Below, piece after piece: positions 46,356-54,743 of a stretch of 64,000 nucleotides of DNA (the stretch's first letter is position 1; each line of letters opens with the position of its first letter). The notes below the pieces were generated by a model. That model had not been told where the DNA came from and did not search any database. It saw only the letters and a program-made list of their open reading frames with translations. The translations under genes were made by a program, and so were the position numbers. The DNA comes from Polaribacter sp. SA4-10 (GTDB lineage Bacteria; Bacteroidota; Bacteroidia; Flavobacteriales; Flavobacteriaceae): contig CATIQU010000001.1 in assembly GCA_949519155.1 (NCBI GenBank), forward strand, positions 28,158 through 92,157, written 5' to 3'.

Positions 46356-48052
46356 TATTTCGTTTTCTTTTTCTTGATAAAACTATATCCAAAGTAAAGT
46401 AAAAGTAGCCCTAAAGCAACATATCTGTAGGATACAGGTTCTCCCTCACCACCAACCGTTGTAAACATTCTGCTCCAACGAATTGATTTTAGTTTTGCCA
46501 TAAAGGTAGAAGCATCTGCTTCCCAACTAAACCAAATCATTACTGGTTTTCCTAATACATGATCGAAAGGAACAAAACCCCAATATCTTGAGTCTAAAGA
46601 ATTGTGCCTGTTATCTCCCATCAACCAGTAATAATCTTGTTGAAATGTATAGGTGTCCGCTTTTTCCCCATTGATGTATATGATTCCATTGTTAGTTACC
46701 AAATTATTGTATTCGTAGAGTTCAATAATCTGTTGATAATAGGGTAAGTTTTCAGTGTTAATGTTTATCGTAACTCCTTTTTTTGGAACATAAATTGGAC
46801 CCATGTTGTCCTGACTCCATTCATTATTATCAACTTGAGGAAAGATGGCAGTATCGGCATCATGTATAATCTGAACAACACTATCAACTTCCGAATCTTT
46901 TCTTAGTCTCTTTGCAATGTCTAATGTTAAATTTACAATTCTTTTATTTGTTTTAATTTCTGAAATAGTAGAGTTATATTTTTTTGCAACCGCCAATACA
47001 CTCTTGTAATCATAGGTGTTCACTCTAAATTTATTTCCATCCAATGCTTTTCTGGCAGAAAGATGTTTTCCCATTTCAGCAAATTCCTCGTTGCTCTTAT
47101 AGTCAACAATAAACTTACTTTCAAATTCTTTGCCTATGTACCTTAATACTTTCTCTGTACTGATTCCTTTGGAAGAGTATACAGTGTGTTTAAATTGGAG
47201 TTTTGCTCTGTCTGGTAAACTATTTTTCTCCCCATTTATAAATACAAAACCATCTCTTATTTCTAAGGTGTCCCCAGCAATAGCCACACATCGTTTTACA
47301 TAGTTGGTTTTCTTATCAACAGGTTTGTATGTGAATTCGCCAGAATTATCTCCCCACATTGTTTTTAGCGAATCGGCAGGCCAATTAAAACAAACAATAT
47401 CATTATTTTTTATTTTTTGAAACCCAGGAACCCTTAAGTAAGGTAATTGAGGTTTATTCAGATATGAGGCTGAACTTGTAAAAGGTAGAGAATCGTGAAC
47501 CATAGGCGCCGCAATCACGGTTGAAGGAATTCTTGCCCCATAATGAAATTTGCTAACAAACAAATAATCACCCACTAATAAAGATTTTTCTAACGAAGAA
47601 CTTGGAATGGTAAAAGGCTGCATAAAATAAGTATGCACTAAGGTAGCAGCAATAATTGCAAATGTAATCGAGCTAACCCATTCGCCCAATTCAGAACGTG
47701 GTTTGATGCTTCTTTTTGCATTGTAGATTGCTTCGGTTGCATAATTTATATAGAAAATATATCCTCCTAATGTGGCTATTACTAGAAGTGAATCTACTTT
47801 TCTATAAAAACCAAAGGTTCTTATGGTTTCTATCCAAATAACCAAAAACATTAATAAATTCACAACAGGTACAAACAATAAAAGTACCCACCATTTTGGA
47901 CGATTTATAATTTGCATTAAAACAATACCGTTATAAATTGGAATGATTGCCTCCCAAGCTTTTCTACCTGCTTTTACGTATAACTTCCAAGTTCCTAAAA
48001 AGTGGATCACTTGTATTGCAATAAAAAAAAGAAACCACTGTGTAAATGTCAT
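46355..48052 (-). CDS. lepB: signal peptidase I (long Bacteroidota form)
   Basis: Catalytic Ser box IPSSSLEKSLLVGDYLFVSK, Lys box YVKRCVAIAGD, and box E GDNRHNSLDSRYWGFVP. Confidence 0.85.
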   Translation of the reverse strand: MTFTQWFLFFIAIQVIHFLGTWKLYVKAGRKAWEAIIPIYNGIVLMQIINRPKWWVLLLFVPVVNLLMFLVIWIETIRTFGFYRKVDSLLVIATLGGYIFYINYATEAIYNAKRSIKPRSELGEWVSSITFAIIAATLVHTYFMQPFTIPSSSLEKSLLVGDYLFVSKFHYGARIPSTVIAAPMVHDSLPFTSSASYLNKPQLPYLRVPGFQKIKNNDIVCFNWPADSLKTMWGDNSGEFTYKPVDKKTNYVKRCVAIAGDTLEIRDGFVFINGEKNSLPDRAKLQFKHTVYSSKGISTEKVLRYIGKEFESKFIVDYKSNEEFAEMGKHLSARKALDGNKFRVNTYDYKSVLAVAKKYNSTISEIKTNKRIVNLTLDIAKRLRKDSEVDSVVQIIHDADTAIFPQVDNNEWSQDNMGPIYVPKKGVTININTENLPYYQQIIELYEYNNLVTNNGIIYINGEKADTYTFQQDYYWLMGDNRHNSLDSRYWGFVPFDHVLGKPVMIWFSWEADASTFMAKLKSIRWSRMFTTVGGEGEPVSYRYVALGLLLLYFGYSFIKKKKTK

Positions 48053-48131
48053 AATTGTATATTTTACCTTTTCTTATAAAAGGGTTTATTTTGTTTTAAT
48101 AGGTAGTTGTAATCTTGAAAACGTTACATCT

Positions 48132-48833
48132 TTAACCAATGTTTAACACATCTTTCATAGAGTACACCCCTTCTTTATTGAGCAACCATTCTGCAGCAAT
48201 TACAGCCCCTAAAGCAAAGCCTTGTCTGTTTTTTGCAGTATGATTTATATGGATTTCATCAATTCCAGAAGCATAAGATACTGTATGTGTACCAGGAACT
48301 TCTGGAATTCTCTTTGCATATATAGGAAGGCTTTCTGCTGTTGTAGCTTTGTTTAACTCCCAATTTGTAAAAGCTCCGTTCTTCACAATACTTTCCGCCA
48401 AAGTAATTGCGGTACCACTCGGAGCGTCTAATTTTTTAGTATGATGAATTTCTTCTATAGAAACATTATAGTTTTTTAATTGGCGCATCATTTTTGCCAA
48501 TTGATTGTTCAGTTCAAAGAAAATATTTACACCCAAACTAAAATTTGAGGCATAGATGAAAGCGCCTTTTTTTTCTTTACAGAGTGCAATCGCATCTGGG
48601 TATTTTTCCAACCAACCCGTTGTTCCAGAAATTACTGGAATTTGATGATTGATGCAGTTTGAAATGTTTTTAAACGCCGAATCTGGAATACTAAAATCAA
48701 TAGCCACATCTGCGATATTGATATCGTATTTTGCGCTTCCGTCATTTTTTATAACGATGGTGTGTCCTCGAGAAAGAGCAATTTGCTCAATTTCCTTCCC
48801 CATGCGACCATATCCTAATAAAGCAATATTCAT
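48132..48833 (-). CDS. dapB: 4-hydroxy-tetrahydrodipicolinate reductase
   Basis: N-terminal GYGRMGK NAD(P) motif, EIHHTKKLDAPSGTA substrate motif, 233 aa. Confidence 0.9.
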   Translation of the reverse strand: MNIALLGYGRMGKEIEQIALSRGHTIVIKNDGSAKYDINIADVAIDFSIPDSAFKNISNCINHQIPVISGTTGWLEKYPDAIALCKEKKGAFIYASNFSLGVNIFFELNNQLAKMMRQLKNYNVSIEEIHHTKKLDAPSGTAITLAESIVKNGAFTNWELNKATTAESLPIYAKRIPEVPGTHTVSYASGIDEIHINHTAKNRQGFALGAVIAAEWLLNKEGVYSMKDVLNIG

Positions 48834-48835
48834 GT

Positions 48836-49441
48836 TTAAAAGTTGTATTTTAAGTTGAAACCTACTGCCGTGTTTGCAAATTTTATATTGTCTGGGATGA
48901 TCGCAGGTCTAAAAGTTAGATTATCATCCGTATTAAACTGAAGTAAATGTGCATTGACACTTGCCTCTACAATTTGTAAAACATAGACCAATACTGTTGA
49001 TAATAATGCAAGATCTCTGTTTTCTCTTAATTGTTTTTGAGCACTTTCCAAACCTGCTTCAGAAATTAAAACTGAAGAATTCCCTGCAGCATCTATGAGT
49101 GTAAATTCATCTTGAAGTCCCGCTTTTCTCAATTTAAAAGCAGTACGATATCTTTTATAGACACTATTATTGTCCAAGTATAAATAGGTAGTACCACCCA
49201 GAATTCCCCAAACAATAGGAGCTTTCCAGTATTTCTTATTGTAAATCTGCCCCATTCCTGGTAAAATTGCGGAATAAAAAGCAGCTCTTGAAGGAGATAA
49301 TGGATTGTATACTCCTTGCGGAAGTTCAATTTTTTCTTTCACGGTTACTTTTTTCACCTCCGTGGAATCTTTTTGAGCGGAAATAGTATTTGTTATTAGT
49401 AAAACAAATAATAATGAAAAGAGCGATTTTTTTAGAAGCAC
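48836..49441 (-). CDS. DUF5683 domain protein
   Basis: SPSRAAFYSAILPGMGQIYNKKYWKAPIVWG matches the DUF5683 core. Conserved position downstream of parB. Confidence 0.65.
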   Translation of the reverse strand: MLLKKSLFSLLFVLLITNTISAQKDSTEVKKVTVKEKIELPQGVYNPLSPSRAAFYSAILPGMGQIYNKKYWKAPIVWGILGGTTYLYLDNNSVYKRYRTAFKLRKAGLQDEFTLIDAAGNSSVLISEAGLESAQKQLRENRDLALLSTVLVYVLQIVEASVNAHLLQFNTDDNLTFRPAIIPDNIKFANTAVGFNLKYNF

Positions 49442-50325
49442 TATTTTAATAGGTTTTTTATTCGGTTAAAGTCTTCTTCAGAATGAAAAGGGATAGTCAG
49501 TTTTCCTTTTCCATTTGTTCCCATAGTGATGGCTACTTTATGGCCAAAAAAAGTATTAATTTCTTGAATGTTTTCTTTGATGAATTTTGGTGCTTCTTTC
49601 TTTTTGTTTTTAGTACTTACAGGTGATTTTAGGTTTTTAACCAAATCTTCTGTTTGTCTTACAGATAATTTTTCACGAATAATTTTCTCGTAAATTTTTA
49701 ATTGATCTTCCGTGCTTTCAATATTTATGATGGCTCTTCCGTGACCCATAGAAATAAAGCCATCGCGCATTCCCGTTTGTAAAATAGGATCTAATTTCAA
49801 TAGTCTCAAGTAGTTGGTTACCGTAGAACGTTTTTTGCCAACTCGAGTGCTTAATGCTTCTTGTGTCAGCTGAATTTCATCAATCAAACGTTGATATGAA
49901 AGCGCTACTTCAATCGGGTCTAAGTTTTTACGTTGTATGTTTTCAACCAATGCCATTTCTAGCATTTCTTGATCGTTTGCAATTCTTATATATGCAGGCA
50001 CCGTTTTATTTCCAATTAGTTTGGAAGCTCTAAAACGTCTTTCTCCTGAAACCAATTGAAACTTATTTCCTTCTAATTTCCTTACGGTAATGGGTTGTAT
50101 TACGCCCAATTCTTTAATTGAACTTGCCAATTCTCCTAAAGATTCTTCATCAAAATAGGTTCTAGGTTGGAAAGGGTTGACGTCTATTACGTCCAATTCA
50201 ATCTCAACAATACTTCCAACAATTTTATCCGCGTTTTTATCGGATGCAGAAACAATATTTGAAGGTTCTTGTAACAATGCTGATAAGCCTCTACCCAATG
50301 CTTGTTTTCTTGTTGCTTTTGCCAT
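49441..50325 (-). CDS. parB: chromosome partitioning protein ParB
   Basis: GLSALL, NPFQPR, QPITVRK and ALVENIQRKNL ParB boxes and HTH. Confidence 0.9.
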   Translation of the reverse strand: MAKATRKQALGRGLSALLQEPSNIVSASDKNADKIVGSIVEIELDVIDVNPFQPRTYFDEESLGELASSIKELGVIQPITVRKLEGNKFQLVSGERRFRASKLIGNKTVPAYIRIANDQEMLEMALVENIQRKNLDPIEVALSYQRLIDEIQLTQEALSTRVGKKRSTVTNYLRLLKLDPILQTGMRDGFISMGHGRAIINIESTEDQLKIYEKIIREKLSVRQTEDLVKNLKSPVSTKNKKKEAPKFIKENIQEINTFFGHKVAITMGTNGKGKLTIPFHSEEDFNRIKNLLK

Positions 50326-51090
50326 TTATAAGTTTTTTTTAATCAATTCTTGGGCTAAGTTTAAGTAATTTACAGCACCTTTACTTGTTGCATCATAAGC
50401 AATGATACTTTCTCCATAACTTGGCGCTTCACTCAAACGAATATTTCTTCTTATTATCGTTTCAAAAACCATGATCGAAAAATGTTTTCTAACTTCATCA
50501 ACTACTTGGTTTGACAGCCTTAAGCGAGAATCGAACATCGTTAATAATAAGCCTTCAATTTCTAAATCTTTATTATGAATATTTTGAATGCTTTTTATAG
50601 TATTTAATAACTTCCCTAAACCTTCTAATGCAAAGTACTCACATTGAATCGGAATCATCACAGAATCGGCTGCAACTAAAGAGTTTAAAGTGATTAATCC
50701 CAATGATGGTGCACAATCAATCAAAATATAGTCGTAGGAATCTTTTAATGAAGTCAATGCTTTTTTTAGCATGTACTCTCTTTCTGGTTTGTCGACCAAT
50801 TCAATTTCAATCGCAACTAAATCAATATGTGCAGGAATAATATCAAGATTTGGAGAAGATGTTTTTACAATTGCATTTTCTGCAGCAATTGTATGTTCTA
50901 AAACTTGATAGGTGCCAATTTCAACAGATGCTACGTCAATGCCTAGTCCAGAAGAAGCATTCGCTTGAGGATCAGCATCGATAAGTAACACCTTCTTCTC
51001 TAGTACTCCTAAACAGGCTGCCAAATTTATGCTTGTAGTTGTTTTACCAACACCTCCTTTTTGATTTGCGATTGCAATTATTTTTCCCAT
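50326..51090 (-). CDS. parA: chromosome partitioning ATPase ParA/Soj
   Basis: Deviant Walker A ANQKGGVGKTTTS; 254 aa; abuts parB. Confidence 0.9.
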   Translation of the reverse strand: MGKIIAIANQKGGVGKTTTSINLAACLGVLEKKVLLIDADPQANASSGLGIDVASVEIGTYQVLEHTIAAENAIVKTSSPNLDIIPAHIDLVAIEIELVDKPEREYMLKKALTSLKDSYDYILIDCAPSLGLITLNSLVAADSVMIPIQCEYFALEGLGKLLNTIKSIQNIHNKDLEIEGLLLTMFDSRLRLSNQVVDEVRKHFSIMVFETIIRRNIRLSEAPSYGESIIAYDATSKGAVNYLNLAQELIKKNL

Positions 51091-51165
51091 TAAATGATCA
51101 ATTTTTGTAAAAAGTAAAAATACACATTATTCTGTTTTCTTTAAATCAAAGTTGTTAAAAACATC

Positions 51166-51195
51166 ATAAAAATGTAAAGTACTAATTTTTTACAT
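51166..51195 (-). terminator. intrinsic terminator after pepD
   Basis: ATGTAAA (10-nt loop) TTTACAT, followed on the minus strand by TTTTTAT. Confidence 0.5.
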
Positions 51196-51210
51196 AAATA
51201 AGGCTCATGT

Positions 51211-52674
51211 TTATTGTTTTTCGGGAATGTTCTTTAAAGTTTCTTTTAAAAATTTCCAGAATTTTTGTGTTGAAGTAATGCCAGCTCGTTCATCTGGTGA
51301 ATGTGCACCTAAGATTGTTGGTCCAAAAGAAACCATGTCCATTTCTGGGTAATTCTGCCCTAATATTCCACATTCTAATCCTGCGTGGCAAGCAGCTACA
51401 CGCGCTTTTTCTCCATGCAGTTCTTCATATAAATTAGAAACGATGTCTAGTATTTCTGAAGTCACATTGGGTTGCCATCCAGGGTAATCTCCAGACAACT
51501 CAACTTCTAAACCAGCCATTTCAAAAACGGAGCGCAAAGAATTTGCTAAATCTGTTTTATTACTTTCAGAAGAAGACCTTGTCAAACAACCAATTTTTAT
51601 AGCGCCCTCTTTTACAATAACACGAGCAATATTATTAGACGTCTCTACCAAGTCTGTAATGTCAGGACTCATTCGATAAACGCCATTTAAAGCCCCGTAG
51701 ATCGATTTTATAAGATCTTCTTGAACCCCTAGAGTCATTACTTTTTCTGGAGAAGAAGTTGGTGTGATTGTAATATTTAAATTTGGTTCAATTGTTGAAA
51801 ATTCCTTTTTAATATTGTTGATAAGTAGTTCATTTTCAAAAAGAAAAGCTGCATCCGAAACAGTATCTATGATGACCGTTGCTGTGCTTTCTCTTGGAAT
51901 TGCATTTCGTAAACTCCCGCCATTAATCTCCGAAATTCTTAGTCCAAAATTAGTGAATCCGTCAAATAAGACACGATTCATTATTTTATTGGCATTTCCT
52001 AAACCTTTATGTATTTCCATTCCAGAATGCCCACCATTTAAACCATTAACCGTAATTGTAAATGCGATCGTGTTTTCTGGAGTTTGCTCTTCGGTATAAG
52101 TTCTTCTAGCCGTAACATCGATTCCACCAGCACAACCCATACCTATTTCGTCATCTTCCTCAGTATCTAGGTTTAATAAAATATCTCCTTTTAAAAGTCC
52201 CCCTTCAAGACCCATTGCACCCGTCATCCCCGTTTCTTCATCAATGGTAAATAACGCTTCCAAATTTGGGTGCACAATAGTTTCAGAAGATAAAACAGCC
52301 ATAATAGCGGCAACTCCTAATCCATTATCAGCTCCAAGTGTTGTACCGTTTGCTGTAATCCAATCGCCCTCAACAAGCATCTCAATGCCTTGAGAATCAA
52401 AATCAAAATTCGTTTCCGAATTCTTTTGATGCACCATGTCTAAATGACTTTGCATCACCACTGTTTTTCTATTTTCATAACCTTTTGTCGCAGGTTTTGT
52501 GATGATTACATTACCAACAGTATCTACAAAAGTGTTTAGATTATGTTTTTTTCCAAAAGCGACCATAAACTCAATAACACGTTCTTCTTTTTTTGAAGGA
52601 CGAGGTACCGCATTTAAGTCTGCAAAATGATTCCAAACTTCCTTAGGTTCTTGATTTCTAACAGCTTTATTCAT
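51211..52674 (-). CDS. pepD: aminoacyl-histidine dipeptidase (M20C, PepD)
   Basis: 487 aa. VWNHFADLNAVPRPSKKEE opening, HLDMV and ADNGLGVA metal-ligand motifs. Confidence 0.85.
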   Translation of the reverse strand: MNKAVRNQEPKEVWNHFADLNAVPRPSKKEERVIEFMVAFGKKHNLNTFVDTVGNVIITKPATKGYENRKTVVMQSHLDMVHQKNSETNFDFDSQGIEMLVEGDWITANGTTLGADNGLGVAAIMAVLSSETIVHPNLEALFTIDEETGMTGAMGLEGGLLKGDILLNLDTEEDDEIGMGCAGGIDVTARRTYTEEQTPENTIAFTITVNGLNGGHSGMEIHKGLGNANKIMNRVLFDGFTNFGLRISEINGGSLRNAIPRESTATVIIDTVSDAAFLFENELLINNIKKEFSTIEPNLNITITPTSSPEKVMTLGVQEDLIKSIYGALNGVYRMSPDITDLVETSNNIARVIVKEGAIKIGCLTRSSSESNKTDLANSLRSVFEMAGLEVELSGDYPGWQPNVTSEILDIVSNLYEELHGEKARVAACHAGLECGILGQNYPEMDMVSFGPTILGAHSPDERAGITSTQKFWKFLKETLKNIPEKQ

Positions 52675-52706
52675 AAGTGTAATTAGGTGTTTTATTTGGT
52701 TTAAAA

Positions 52707-53339
52707 TTACGAAATTTCGATGATAGAATCTTTTAATTCCTTGCGAACTTTTGCAAGATTTTTCATAGCATCATCCTCTGCCCTAAAACCAACGGGTAAG
52801 ACCAAGGTAGAAGTTAAACCGTGCCCTTTTAAGCCTAAAATTTCATCATATTGATCTGGAATAAAACCTTCCATTGGACAGGCATCTATCTGTTCTATTG
52901 CACAAACCGTAAGTAGATTCCCTAAAGCTAAGTAGGCTTGATTTTTGTTCCAAATATTTAATTCTTCCGGTGTTTTCTTATCTATTTCAGCAACTAAAAA
53001 TGATCTAAACGAACTTAAAATTTCATCAGGAGTATTTCTTGTTTTCTTAACGAGGTTAAAATAATTTTCTACCTCTTTAGAAGTGAAATCATCTTGAATA
53101 CAAATGACCAAAACATGAGAAGCTTGCAAAATTTGTTGTTGATTCCAAGAAGCTGGAACTAATTTTTCCTGTACTTTTTTATTTTGGATAACAATTAATT
53201 TTATTGGCTGAAGACCGTAGGAAGTTGCGGTTAAATTAAACGCTTCTTTTAGGGTATTTATTTGTGTATTTGATAACTTCTTTGTGGTGTCAAATTTTTT
53301 CGTAGCATAGCGCCATTGTAAACTTTCAATCGTATTCAT
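52707..53339 (-). CDS. nitroreductase-family NAD(P)H oxidoreductase
   Basis: The MNTIESLQWRYATKKFD opening and C-terminal PVGFRAEDD are typical. The track's 36-codon extension to 53447 looks non-coding. Confidence 0.75.
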   Translation of the reverse strand: MNTIESLQWRYATKKFDTTKKLSNTQINTLKEAFNLTATSYGLQPIKLIVIQNKKVQEKLVPASWNQQQILQASHVLVICIQDDFTSKEVENYFNLVKKTRNTPDEILSSFRSFLVAEIDKKTPEELNIWNKNQAYLALGNLLTVCAIEQIDACPMEGFIPDQYDEILGLKGHGLTSTLVLPVGFRAEDDAMKNLAKVRKELKDSIIEIS

Positions 53340-53468
53340 TTCTATTAAGTTTTGTGCAAAAATAGTGTTATTAACCCTATGTACCGGTTTTTGTAATTGT
53401 AATAATTGATGGATACATAAATAAAGTCTTTTTATTTTTTTGTACATTAACAGTCAGAAAATTAAGCT

Positions 53469-54743
53469 ATGAAAGAAGATTTTTTGCACTATGTTTGGAA
53501 GTGTCAATTGTTTAAAAAAGAAGACTTACGTTCCTCATGAAATGAAGTTATTCATATTTTAAAACCGGGAATCCACAATCGAAATTCTGGGCTAGATTTT
53601 TTAAATGCTAAAATTGAAATTAACAATCAAATTTGGGTTGGTAATGCCGAAATTCATTTAAAATCTTCCGATTGTTATATACATAATCACGAGAATGATG
53701 TCAATTATGATGCGACTATTTTACATGTTGTTTACGATCACGATGTAGAAGTTTATTTGAAAGGAAATGTTGTATTGCCAACCATGATTTTAAAGGAATT
53801 GATAGCTTCCGACTTGCTGTCTAATTATCTAAAAACATCAAATGCTACTTCAAATTGGATACCCTGTGGAAAACAGGTAAACACGATTGATGCTTTCCTT
53901 TTTTTCAACTGGAAAGAGCGTTTGTTCTTTGAGCGTTTAGAGCGAAAGTCGGTATTTATTAGTGCGTTGTTGGCACATAAAAATAATGATTTTGAAGCGG
54001 TATTATTTCAACTACTAGCAAAGAATTTTGGGTTAAAAGTAAATGGCGAAGCTTTTTTAGCCATTTCACAATCGATCGATTTTTCAATTGTCAGAAAAGT
54101 ACGCGCTAACGAGCATCAGTTTATGGCATTGCTTTTTGGTCAGGCAGGTTTTTTAGCAGAAGAGCTTCAAGAAGCACATCACTTGTCGCTAAAAAAAGAA
54201 TATGCTTATTTACAGCATAAATTTGCATTGCAGCCGCTTGCAAAACAATAATTTTCTTTTTTTAGAATGCGCCCTAATAATTTCCCAACCATTAGAATCG
54301 CACAATTGGTGTCCTTGTATCACTTGCATCAAAATTTATTTCCCAAACTGATGCAAGTTTCTAAAATTGAAGACTTTTATAGCTTGATTTCAGTCTCTAT
54401 TTCCTCTTTTTGGCAATCCCATTATACCTTTGACACGATTTCGAAAAAATCAATAAAACAACTCACTAAATCTTTTATTGATTTGTTAATTATCAACACT
54501 ATTATTCCCTTAAAATTTGTCTACGAAAAGAGTAGAGGAGGTGTTGATGAAGTAGAAATTATATCGGTATTGAATCAATTGAAGCCCGAGAAAAACTCCA
54601 TCATTTCCAAGTTTGAAACATTGAAAGTTGTTTCCAAATCAGCCTTTGATACCCAAAGCTTGTTAGAGCTTAAAAACAATTATTGCGCACCAAAACGTTG
54701 TTTAGAGTGCGCAATAGGAAATGCTGTATTGTCTGAAAAGTGA
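53469..54743 (+). pseudogene. DUF2851-family gene carrying two in-frame stop codons
   Basis: One frame reads MKEDFLHYVWKCQLFKKEDLRSS-TGA(53538-53540)-NEVIHILKPGIHNRNSGLDFLNAKIEI...SLKKEYAYLQHKFALQPLAKQ-TAA(54249-54251)-FSFFRMRPNNFPTIRIAQL... to 54743. No frameshift. Track ORFs 53757.. and 54267.. are the two larger pieces. Confidence 0.75.

Noticed and set aside
53538-53540. In-frame TGA of the DUF2851 gene as selenocysteine or programmed read-through.
   Set aside because: The second interruption is TAA, I saw no stable hairpin immediately downstream, and the family is not a known selenoprotein. A nonsense mutation or sequencing error is simpler.
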